Source of the DNA: a bacterium | GTDB taxonomy: Bacteria > Krumholzibacteriota > Krumholzibacteriia > LZORAL124-64-63 | Assembly (NCBI GenBank): GCA_031441465.1 | Contig: JANOEP010000028.1 | Location: 1-24,222 of the forward strand | Direction: 5' to 3' | Length of the DNA: 24,222 nt | Shown: positions 16,223 through 24,125 of the stretch, piece by piece | Layout: each line of letters begins with the position of its first letter | Position numbering within the stretch: position 1 is the stretch's first letter | Notes under the pieces: generated by a model | The model's input: the letters and a program-made list of their open reading frames with translations, nothing else | Databases searched by the model: none | Told to the model about the DNA's origin: nothing | Program-made: the position numbers and the translations under genes

Positions 16223-18952
16223 ATGCAGATCATACCCGGCACCAGCCTGCGCCAGTACCGCATCGCCGAACCCATCGGCGCCGGCGGCATGGGTGAGGTC
16301 TACCGCGCGCACGACACCAAGCTCGGGCGTGAGGTGGCCATCAAGGTGCTGCCGGCCGCCGTCGCGCAGGACGCGGATCGCCTCGCCCGTTTCAAGCGGG
16401 AAGCGCAGGTGCTGGCCTCCCTCAATCACCCGAACATCGCGGCGATCTACGGGCTCGAGGACGCGGACGACGTGCAGTTCCTGGTCCTGGAGCTCGTCGA
16501 AGGGGAGGACCTCGCCGAGCACCTGACGCGCGGCCGGATGCCGGTCGACGACGTGCTCGCGATCGCGAAGCAGATCGCGGACGCCCTGGCGGCGGCTCAC
16601 GACAAGGGGATCGTTCATCGGGACCTCAAGCCCGCGAACGTGAAGCTGACGCCCGACAGCAAGGTGAAGGTGCTCGACTTCGGCCTGGCGAAGGCCGCCG
16701 CGGGCGACGCTTCGACCCCGGGCGGGCTCGATCCCGGCAGCGCGCCCACGCTGACGCACGCCGCGACGATGGCCGGGATGATCCTGGGCACCGGGGCCTA
16801 CATGAGCCCCGAGCAGGCGCGCGGGAAGCCCGTCGACCGGCGCACCGACGTCTGGGCGTTCGGCTGCGTGCTCTACGAAATGCTCACCGGCGGCAAGGCG
16901 TTCGCGGGGGACGACATCACCGAAACGCTCGCCGCGGTCGTCCGTGGCGAGCCGGACTGGACCTGCCTGCCCGCAGGCCTCCCGCCCGCCGTGCGCGTCC
17001 TGATCGAGCGCTGCCTGGTCAAGGACCGCGACCTGCGCCTCCTCGACATGTCGGTCGTGCGTTTCCTGTTGAGTGACGCCGCCGGGTCGCTGTCCGGCGC
17101 CTTGGCTCCGGCCGCGGCGGCAGCGGCCGCACTGCCGCGGCCGTTGCGCCGGCGGATCGCGCCGCTGGTCGTCGCCACGGCCCTGCTCGCGGTGGCCGCG
17201 ACGTTCGGCGTGACGCGCCGGCTGGCGCCCGCGGGAGGCGCCGTTGAAGACGCCGTCGTGCACGCCAGCATCGTCCTGTCTGGCGGTGTCGAGCTGGGCT
17301 CACCCCAGCTGATGCCGGTGGCGATCTCCCGGGACGGCACGCGGGTCGCTTTCGTCGGGGATGACGACGGAAAGAACAGGATCTACGTCCGCGCCCTGAA
17401 CGAGCCGGAGGCGAAGATGCTCGAAGGGACCGAGGGTGGCGACGGCCCCTTCTTCTCTCCCGACGGCCAGTGGATCGCCTTCTTCGCCGGCTCGACACTC
17501 CGGAAGATCGCCGTGGGCGGCGCCGCGCTCCAGACCCTCGCCGACGCGCCCACCCACCGCGGCGGCGATTGGGGTCGCGACGGATTCATCTACTTTGCGC
17601 CGACGAACATCGGCGGGATCTGGCGGGTGCCGGAAGAGGGTGGCGCGGCCACCGAGGTCACGCGCAAGAAGCCCGAGAAGGACGAGATCAGCCATCGTTG
17701 GCCGCGCCTGGCCGGCGATACGAACACGCTCCTGTTCTCCGTGTGGACGGGGCCGGGTGACGACGAGCACCACATCGCGATGCAGACCATCGGCGCAGCG
17801 GAGCACCACGTGTTCGTGAGGGGCGGCGACGCGCCGCGCTACGCGGCGAAGATCGGATCGCTGCTCTACACGCACATGGGCGAACTGCTCGCGGTCCGGT
17901 GGCGGCCGACGCAGACGGATCTCGGCAAGGCCGTGCCGGTGGCCACGCCCGAGAACCCCGACGACGCCGCCGGCAACGAAGGCTGTGGCAATTATGCCGT
18001 CTCGGACAACGGCACGCTCGCCTACCTCGCGGGCGGGCGGACGCGCTGGGCCGAGCGACTGGTGTGGATCGACCGGTCCGGCAAGTCCGAGTTCGCGCCG
18101 ATTTCCGAGCACAACTACGAGAACGTCGTGATCTCGCCCGACGGCCTGCGGGCGATCGTGCAGATCAACGAAGGCGTCACCGCACTATGGACGTACGAAA
18201 TCGGTCGCGCCACGTTGACGCCGCTCGGCAAGAGCGCCGGCAGCAGCCAGGCGCCGTTGTGGACCACCGACGGCTCGCGCGTGATCTACCGCGGCACGCG
18301 CCGGGGGACCCGGAACCTCTACTGGCGAGCGGCGGACGGCTCCGGCGACGAAGAACGGCTCACCGATAAACCCGGCGTGATCCAGACGCCGACCTCCGCT
18401 TCTGCGGACGGCCGCTGGCTCATGTTCAACGAAGTCGGGTCGGACCAGCCGGGCGGGAACGGGATCTGGTTGATGCAGCTCGATGGCGAGCGGACGCTTC
18501 GGCCCTTCTTCCAGGAACCGGCCGGCGAGTTGGATGGGCAGATCTCGCCGGACGGCAAGTGGGTCGCGTACGAGGCGTCCGTGTCGTCGCGCAAGGAGAT
18601 CTACGTGGCGCCTTTTTCCGGGCCGGGAGCGAGACGCCAGGTTTCGACCGGCGGCGGGACCGAGCCGCTGTGGTCGCGCGACGGCAGCGAGCTGTTTTTC
18701 CAGAGCGGCACGAAGCTGATGGCCGTCACCGTCACGCCCGGCGCCGCGTTCTCCGCGAGCATCCCGCGCCTCGTGCACGAAGGCCGCTACTGCAAGCAGT
18801 CCAATGGCAACACCAGCTGGAGCATCACCCCGGACGGCAAGCGCTTCCTGCGCATTCAGAGCGCCGAGCCGGAGCGGGCGATCACGCAATTCGAACTGGT
18901 GCTGAACTGGTTTGCCGAATTGAAGCAGCGGGGCACCACCGGCGGAAAATGA
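16223..18952 (+). CDS. Membrane Hanks-type Ser/Thr kinase with extracytoplasmic TolB-like (PD40) beta-propeller
   Basis: GAGGMG, VAIK, HRDLKPAN, DFGLAK and GTGAYMSPEQ motifs, TM segment (IAPLVVATALLAVAATFGV), repeated SPDG/SRDG blades. The start is 16223 or 16211. Confidence 0.95.
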   Translation: MQIIPGTSLRQYRIAEPIGAGGMGEVYRAHDTKLGREVAIKVLPAAVAQDADRLARFKREAQVLASLNHPNIAAIYGLEDADDVQFLVLELVEGEDLAEHLTRGRMPVDDVLAIAKQIADALAAAHDKGIVHRDLKPANVKLTPDSKVKVLDFGLAKAAAGDASTPGGLDPGSAPTLTHAATMAGMILGTGAYMSPEQARGKPVDRRTDVWAFGCVLYEMLTGGKAFAGDDITETLAAVVRGEPDWTCLPAGLPPAVRVLIERCLVKDRDLRLLDMSVVRFLLSDAAGSLSGALAPAAAAAAALPRPLRRRIAPLVVATALLAVAATFGVTRRLAPAGGAVEDAVVHASIVLSGGVELGSPQLMPVAISRDGTRVAFVGDDDGKNRIYVRALNEPEAKMLEGTEGGDGPFFSPDGQWIAFFAGSTLRKIAVGGAALQTLADAPTHRGGDWGRDGFIYFAPTNIGGIWRVPEEGGAATEVTRKKPEKDEISHRWPRLAGDTNTLLFSVWTGPGDDEHHIAMQTIGAAEHHVFVRGGDAPRYAAKIGSLLYTHMGELLAVRWRPTQTDLGKAVPVATPENPDDAAGNEGCGNYAVSDNGTLAYLAGGRTRWAERLVWIDRSGKSEFAPISEHNYENVVISPDGLRAIVQINEGVTALWTYEIGRATLTPLGKSAGSSQAPLWTTDGSRVIYRGTRRGTRNLYWRAADGSGDEERLTDKPGVIQTPTSASADGRWLMFNEVGSDQPGGNGIWLMQLDGERTLRPFFQEPAGELDGQISPDGKWVAYEASVSSRKEIYVAPFSGPGARRQVSTGGGTEPLWSRDGSELFFQSGTKLMAVTVTPGAAFSASIPRLVHEGRYCKQSNGNTSWSITPDGKRFLRIQSAEPERAITQFELVLNWFAELKQRGTTGGK

Positions 18953-19046
18953 TCCGGCCCCACTTCAGCGAGGATCCTGGAACGCGCCACGACACTTGCC
19001 CCGAGCTCGGACCAGTTCAACCAACGTAGTCGGGGCCGAACGAGGC

Positions 19047-20750
19047 TCAGGCCAGCCCGTCCGTCAACGCCCGCAACCTCCCCACCTCCGCCTCGATCAC
19101 CTCGGGATCCAACCGCGGAAACAGGATCTCCGGCGTTCCCAGCACCCTCCCGGCAGGCAACGCCTCCAACCCCTCCGCCCACCCCCCGCGGTGCAGGTCC
19201 GTCTCCATCCCCAGCCACCCCCACACCTTCGTCATGCTGAACGGCACCACCGGCGCCAGCATCACCACGATCTGCCGCACGATCTGCAGCGTCACCGCGA
19301 TCGAGACGCCGCAGCGCGCCAGGTCGTCCTTGCGGCTGCGGAACGGCGCCGACTCGTCGAAGTAGCGGTTGCCGGCCTGGCCGGCGGCGAAGGCCTCGTC
19401 CAGGGCGGCGCGGATCTCGAAGCGCTCCAGGCGCTCGGCCCAGCGCCCGCGGCAGGCGGCCACCTCGTCCAGCGCGGCGCGGTCCAGGTCGGTCAGGTCG
19501 GCCTCGGTCCAGGCGGGCACGCGCCCTTCGAAGTACCGGTGCGCGAAGGTGAACACGCGATTGATGAGGTTGCCGAAGTTGTTGCCCAGCTCGTTGTCGG
19601 AGCGCGACTGCAGGCCCTCCCAGGTGAAGTTCGTGTCCTTCGTTTCCGGCAGCGTGCGCGCCAGTGTGTAGCGCAGCGTGTCCGCGGAGAACCGCTGTAG
19701 GAAGTCGGGCAGCCAGACCGCGTAGCCGCGGCTGGTGGACAGCTTGTTGCCCTCGAGGTTCAGGAACTCGTTGGCCGGGACGTTGTCCGGCAGCACCCAG
19801 GGCTCGGAGTGGTGCATGAGCATGCCGGGGAACATGATCGCGTGGAAGACGATGTTGTCCTTGCCGATGAAGTGGACCAGGCGCGAGCCCGGGTCCTGCC
19901 ACCACAGGCGCCACGCCTCGGGCTCGCCCCGCTGCTGCGCCCACTCGCGCGTCGCGGAGATGTAGCCGATGGGTGCGTCGAACCAGACGTAGAAGACCTT
20001 GCCCTCGTGGTCCGGCAAGGGCACCGGCACGCCCCAGTGCAGGTCGCGGGTGGCGGCGCGCGGCTGCAGTCCGTCCTGGAACCAGCCGCGGCAGTAGTTC
20101 AGGACGTTTTCCTTCCACTCCGGGTGCGTGGCCAGCCAGGCCTCCAGCTCCGGCTGCCAGGCGTCTAGCGGCAGGTACCAGTGGACCGTGGCGCGCTTCT
20201 CCAGCGGCGAGTTGTCCAGCACGCTGCGCGGCTCGATCAGCTCGTCGGGATTGAGCGACGAACCGCACTTCTCGCACTGGTCGCCGCGGGCACCGGGGCT
20301 GTGGCACTGGGGGCAGGTGCCCTCGATGTAACGGTCGGCCAGGAAGCGGCCCTGGGTTGGGCTGTAGAACTGCTCGCTCGACTTCTGCACCAGCACGCCG
20401 CGGCGGTGCAGGTCCAGGAAGAAGGCCTGGCTCGTCTCGGTGTGGATGGCGCGGCTGGTCTGCGAGAAGTTGTCGAAGGTCATGCCGAAGCCCTCGAACG
20501 AGGTCTTGATCGAGGCGTGGTTGCGGTCGACCAGCTCCTGGGGCGTGATCCCCTGCTTCTCGGCGGTCAGGGTGATCGGCACGCCGTACTCGTCGGTGCC
20601 GCAGATGAACAGCACGTCCCGCCCGCGCAGACGCAGGTAGCGTGCGTAGACGTCGGCCGGCAGGTAGGCGCCCGCGAGGTGCCCGAGGTGGATCTCGCCG
20701 TTGGCGTAGGGCAGGGCGGCGGTGACGAGAGTTCGCTGGAAATTGCTCAC
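19047..20750 (-). CDS. metG: Methionine--tRNA ligase (567 aa, no C-terminal OB-fold domain)
   Basis: LVTAALPYANGEIHLGH, FICGTDEYG, zinc knuckle CPQC-x9-CEKC, YVWFDAPIGY, HFIGKDNIVFH and KLSTS motifs. GGAGG RBS precedes the GTG at 20750. Confidence 0.97.
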   Translation of the reverse strand: MSNFQRTLVTAALPYANGEIHLGHLAGAYLPADVYARYLRLRGRDVLFICGTDEYGVPITLTAEKQGITPQELVDRNHASIKTSFEGFGMTFDNFSQTSRAIHTETSQAFFLDLHRRGVLVQKSSEQFYSPTQGRFLADRYIEGTCPQCHSPGARGDQCEKCGSSLNPDELIEPRSVLDNSPLEKRATVHWYLPLDAWQPELEAWLATHPEWKENVLNYCRGWFQDGLQPRAATRDLHWGVPVPLPDHEGKVFYVWFDAPIGYISATREWAQQRGEPEAWRLWWQDPGSRLVHFIGKDNIVFHAIMFPGMLMHHSEPWVLPDNVPANEFLNLEGNKLSTSRGYAVWLPDFLQRFSADTLRYTLARTLPETKDTNFTWEGLQSRSDNELGNNFGNLINRVFTFAHRYFEGRVPAWTEADLTDLDRAALDEVAACRGRWAERLERFEIRAALDEAFAAGQAGNRYFDESAPFRSRKDDLARCGVSIAVTLQIVRQIVVMLAPVVPFSMTKVWGWLGMETDLHRGGWAEGLEALPAGRVLGTPEILFPRLDPEVIEAEVGRLRALTDGLA

Positions 20751-20860
20751 GGATCCTCCGCTGGGGTCGCTTCCGGGGCGCGCAGGCCTTATGATCCGGG
20801 CAACCTTAAGCGATGGGGCGGCGGCCCCGCAAGGAACCATCCGGTACGGGGAGGTCGGCG

Positions 20861-21655
20861 TTGGATCTGGGCATGAAGGGCCGGGTAGCGCTGGTGACGG
20901 CGGGTTCGCGCGGTTTCGGCCACGCCGTGGCCGAGGGGCTGGCCCGCGAAGGCGCGCGCGTCGCGCTGTGCGCCCGCGGCGCCGACGATCTGGCCGCGGC
21001 CGCGGCGGCGGTGGCCGCGGCCGGCGACGGCCGCGTGCTGGCCGCGCAGGTCGACGTGGCCGACGGCGACGCACTGGCGGACTTCGTCACCGAGATCGAG
21101 CACGGGTTCGGCCCGGTCGATCTGCTGCTGGTCAACGCCGGCGGGCCGCCGGCGGTCGGCTTCTTCGAAGCGGACCTCGCGGCCTGGGAGTCGGCGTACC
21201 GCCTGAACCTCGAGAGCGCCGTGCGCTCGTGCCGGCGCGTGCTGCCGGGCATGATGGAGCGCGGTTACGGGCGCATCGTCGCGGTCACCTCGGTGACGGT
21301 CCGCCAGCCGCTCGACAACCTGACGCTCTCGAACGTGATCCGCCCGGCGGTGCACGCGCTGGTGAAGGACCTGTCCCGGCTGGCGGCGCCCCGCGGCGTG
21401 ACCGTCAACTCCGTCGCGCCGGGCTTCCACCTCACCAGCGCGGTGGAGCGGCTGATCGCGCGCAAGCTGGCCGACGGCGCCGTCGCCACGCGCGAGGAGG
21501 TGCTGGCGGCCTGGGAACGGGAGATCCCGGCGGGGCGGCTGGGGCGCCCCGAGGAACTGGCGGCGCTGGTGCTGTTCCTGATGTCGGCGGGGGCGTCGTA
21601 CGTCACCGGCCAGTGCGTCGCCTGCGACGGCGGCTGGGTGAAAGGCACGTTCTGA
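20861..21655 (+). CDS. SDR-family oxidoreductase, atypical BKR-like subgroup
   Basis: MDLGMKGRVALVTAGSRGFG, VNAGGPP, SNVIR in place of YxxxK, VTVNSVAPG and YVTGQ...DGG. GGGGAGG RBS precedes the TTG at 20861 (alternative ATG 20873). Confidence 0.92.
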   Translation: MDLGMKGRVALVTAGSRGFGHAVAEGLAREGARVALCARGADDLAAAAAAVAAAGDGRVLAAQVDVADGDALADFVTEIEHGFGPVDLLLVNAGGPPAVGFFEADLAAWESAYRLNLESAVRSCRRVLPGMMERGYGRIVAVTSVTVRQPLDNLTLSNVIRPAVHALVKDLSRLAAPRGVTVNSVAPGFHLTSAVERLIARKLADGAVATREEVLAAWEREIPAGRLGRPEELAALVLFLMSAGASYVTGQCVACDGGWVKGTF

Positions 21656-21664
21656 CCGTCGGTC

Positions 21665-21717
21665 TTGACGTTCGGCGGCGCGCTCTTATATTAGCAGTCA
21701 ATGTACTTGGAATATAA
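21665..21717 (+). promoter_or_regulatory. Sigma70-type promoter overlapped by an AT-rich palindromic operator
   Basis: TTGACG (21665-21670), N16, TATATT (21687-21692). Dyad TTATATT-nnn-AGT-n6-ACT-nnn-AATATAA at 21686-21717. Confidence 0.6.
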
Positions 21718-21724
21718 GGAAGGG

Positions 21725-21892
21725 ATGGGAACCGCCGTGACGAAGATCCTGATCATCCTCGCGATCTACCTCGCCCTGGTGCGCTGGGTCTTCCCGCGCC
21801 TGGGCGTGCCCACCTGAGGCGCCCCTACCTGCTCGATCGGCGATCGGGCCCCGAAATCGAAGGACGACCAACCACCGACCGGAGGTGAGTGA
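21725..21892 (+). CDS. Unannotated single-TM microprotein, candidate selenoprotein (55 aa with in-frame UGA at codon 31; 30 aa if UGA is a stop)
   Basis: MGTAVTKILIILAIYLALVRWVFPRLGVPT-(TGA 21815-21817)-GAPTCSIGDRAPKSKDDQPPTGGE*. Strong GC3 bias in the TM part, purine-rich RBS, SECIS-like hairpin downstream. The read-through frame stops 1 bp before the next start. Confidence 0.65.
21815..21849 (+). promoter_or_regulatory. Candidate bacterial SECIS element
   Basis: UGA, 13 nt, then the stem GCTCGATC / GATCGGGC (8 bp, one G-U pair) with a G-initiated GGC loop 21 nt after the UGA. Confidence 0.5.
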
Positions 21893-21893
21893 C

Positions 21894-22112
21894 GTGCCCA
21901 TGTACGAATTCACCTGCCGCGCCTGCGGCGCCGAGTACGAGGATCTCTGCACGGCGGCCGAGGCGGCGGCCGGGAAGGTCGCCTGCCCCGCGTGCGGCGC
22001 CCGCAAATCCGAGCGCAAGCTCTCGACGTTCGCCAGCAAGGACGGCAGCGGCGGAGGGGGCGACGGCGGTGGCGGCGGCTGCGGCCACGGCAGCCACGGC
22101 GGGTTCGGCTGA
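21894..22112 (+). CDS. FmdB-family zinc-ribbon protein with Gly-rich C-terminal CGHGSHGGFG tail
   Basis: MPMYEFTCRACG...CPACG...RKLSTF signature. GGAGGT RBS lies 7 nt before the GTG at 21894. Confidence 0.92.
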   Translation: MPMYEFTCRACGAEYEDLCTAAEAAAGKVACPACGARKSERKLSTFASKDGSGGGGDGGGGGCGHGSHGGFG

Positions 22113-22139
22113 GCCAGCTAGGACAAGGCATTCGTGTCG

Positions 22140-22168
22140 AGGGCGCCCGGGAGGCGCCCTTTTCGCTT
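22140..22168 (+). terminator. Intrinsic terminator
   Basis: Stem AGGGCGCC / GGCGCCCT with CGGGA loop, followed by TTTCGCTT. Confidence 0.7.
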
Positions 22169-22209
22169 CGGGTCACTGCAGTCGGCAGACGCCCGCAATC
22201 AACATTGAA

Positions 22210-22239
22210 TTGTCATGTTCCGTCGATCCGCGGTATCGT
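22210..22239 (+). promoter_or_regulatory. Possible sigma70-type promoter for the CsgG-OmpA gene
   Basis: TTGTCA-N18-TATCGT in an AT-richer intergenic patch. Confidence 0.3.
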
Positions 22240-22295
22240 CTTCATCCGAACCTCGCGTGCCGGACCACCGGCGAACCGTTACCGGAGGGTGAACG

Positions 22296-24125
22296 ATGAA
22301 CCGTCGAACCGTGGGTTGCCTCGCCGCCGCGACGGCCCTCCTTTGCCTGCTGGCTGCCGGGACCGTCGCAGCCGGCGCCAAGGACAGGCTGACCGAGCAG
22401 AACAACAAGTGCCGCATCGTCGTCGGTCAGATCAAGTCCAACGCCGACCAGTGCGACTGGAGCATGGCCGCGGCGATCGGCCAGATGCTGTCGACGGCCT
22501 TGGCCAACGAGGACCGCTTCATCGTGCTGGCCAGCCAGGAAGAGGTCGCCGAGCTGGCCGGGGAGATCGAATTGAGCGAGTCGGGTCTGGTCGAGGCGGG
22601 CCGCGGCGCCGAACGCGGCCTGATGGAGGGCGCCGACGTCATGGTCACCGGCGCGGTCACCAGCTTCGAGCCCGAGGCCAGCGGCGGCGGCGGCCTGCTC
22701 GGCGCGGCCAAGAGCCGGCTCGGCGGTTCGGTCGGCGTCAGCAGCAACACGGCCGAGTGCACCCTCGACCTCAAGCTCGTCGACATCCGCACGCGGCGCG
22801 TGATCAAGGCCTTCAGCGTCGAGGGCAAGTCCAAGAGCTGGTCGACCGACCTGACCGGCAGGGGCTGGGTCGAGGACGTCGCGCTGGGCGGCGCGCTCGG
22901 CAGCTACTCCAACCAGCCCATGGAGAAGGCCCTGCGCACCGTCCTGGCCAAGGCCGTCGAGCGCGTCGCCAAGGACGTGCCCGAGGAATACTACCGCTAC
23001 ACCGGCGACGGACAGTACACGCAGGAATACGCGGCGAGCGGCGGCGCTGCCGCGGCGCCGGCGGCCGGCTCGGCCGGAAAAGCCGCGGGCGGCGACGACG
23101 ACGCGCCCCTGCAGACGGCCGCCGCCGCCGGCGGCGCCTCCGCCGGCCGCGCCGCGGCGAAGTCGGCCGAGGACATGGCCCTCTACACCCGCTGCGACTT
23201 CGTGCCGGGCGACCGGACGATCTTCATCGACGACCTCGACCGCGAGGAGGTCGGCGAGTTCCCGAGCCGCTGGAACCTGGTCGACGGCGTCTTCGAGGTC
23301 GCCCGCAAGGGCGAGGCGGGCTGGATCCTCTGCTCGGACACCGGCAACCTCAGCCCCAAACTGCCCGCGGCGGCGTTCCCCGAGAAGTACACCATCGAGA
23401 TGGACGTCTACGACAACGGCGAGCCCCACAGCGGCCACTGGTACACGATCAAGCTGATGGAGGGCGAAGCCGAGGCGATCGTCTTCTTCTTCGGCGACAG
23501 CCAGAACACGCGGGTCACCGTCGGCGGCGTGACGAAGTCCGACAAGTCGCTCGAGCGCCGGGTGGCCAAGGGCCGCCACACCATGCGGATCATGGCGACG
23601 GCGACCACGTTCAAGTGCTATATCGACAACGAGCGCGTGGGGAACGTGCCGAAGGTCGAGGGCGTCGCGCCCGACGGGATCAAGGTCGCCCTGGACCGTT
23701 GGGACCAGGAGGGCAACCCGATGCTCATGTCGGGCTTCCGCTTCGCCGCGGGCGGCAAGACCCTGCGCGACCAGCTCGCCCAGGACGGCCGCATCGTCAC
23801 CCACGGCATCCTGTTCGACTCCGGGTCCGCCGTGATCAAGGCGGAGTCCTACAAGACGCTCGCCGACCTCGGCGAACTGCTGAAGGGCGACCCCGGCCTG
23901 CGCCTGTCCATCGAGGGTCACACCGACAACGCGGGCGCCGACGACGCGAACCTCGCCCTCTCGCTGCAGCGGGCCGAGTCGGTGCGCAGCTACCTCGTGA
24001 GCGCCTTCGGCATCGCGGCCGATCGCCTCGCGGTCAAGGGCCTGGGCGAAACCAAACCGCTCGGCACCAACGACACGGCCGAGGGTCGCGCGAACAACCG
24101 GCGCGTGGAACTGGTGAAGATCTAG
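22296..24125 (+). CDS. Exported CsgG/HfaB-like domain + Ala/Gly linker + beta-sandwich domain + OmpA-like peptidoglycan-binding domain protein
   Basis: Signal peptide, CsgG-like motifs (MLSTALANEDRFIVL, GADVMVTGAVTSFE, LDLKLVDIRT), DFVPGD..IF.DD...E.VGEFPSRW domain, OmpA motifs IEGHTD, NLALSLQRAESV and GRANNRRVE. GGAGG RBS. Confidence 0.9.
   Translation: MNRRTVGCLAAATALLCLLAAGTVAAGAKDRLTEQNNKCRIVVGQIKSNADQCDWSMAAAIGQMLSTALANEDRFIVLASQEEVAELAGEIELSESGLVEAGRGAERGLMEGADVMVTGAVTSFEPEASGGGGLLGAAKSRLGGSVGVSSNTAECTLDLKLVDIRTRRVIKAFSVEGKSKSWSTDLTGRGWVEDVALGGALGSYSNQPMEKALRTVLAKAVERVAKDVPEEYYRYTGDGQYTQEYAASGGAAAAPAAGSAGKAAGGDDDAPLQTAAAAGGASAGRAAAKSAEDMALYTRCDFVPGDRTIFIDDLDREEVGEFPSRWNLVDGVFEVARKGEAGWILCSDTGNLSPKLPAAAFPEKYTIEMDVYDNGEPHSGHWYTIKLMEGEAEAIVFFFGDSQNTRVTVGGVTKSDKSLERRVAKGRHTMRIMATATTFKCYIDNERVGNVPKVEGVAPDGIKVALDRWDQEGNPMLMSGFRFAAGGKTLRDQLAQDGRIVTHGILFDSGSAVIKAESYKTLADLGELLKGDPGLRLSIEGHTDNAGADDANLALSLQRAESVRSYLVSAFGIAADRLAVKGLGETKPLGTNDTAEGRANNRRVELVKI

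Noticed and set aside
13421..17263. N-terminal ~1280 aa of the 1479-aa ORF, suggesting a giant ECF fusion
   Set aside because: It is antisense to two clear plus-strand genes. Only 12824-13420 resembles a sigma factor, and that part has its own extended -10 promoter.
18950..18975. Fourth TGATCC at the second kinase stop (another at 20792)
   Set aside because: Neither has CTTGCGC at the 16-bp spacing, and the 18950 copy has no downstream gene in that orientation.
20751..21074. 108-aa N-terminal extension of MetG
   Set aside because: It overlaps the divergent SDR gene. The GTG at 20750 has a GGAGG RBS and matches the normal MetG N-terminus.
21691..21717. CIRCE (HrcA) element TTAGCAGTC-N9-GGAATATAA
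   Set aside because: The left arm matches 8/9 but the right arm only 4/9, and the downstream genes are not chaperones. A different, wider dyad explains the site better.
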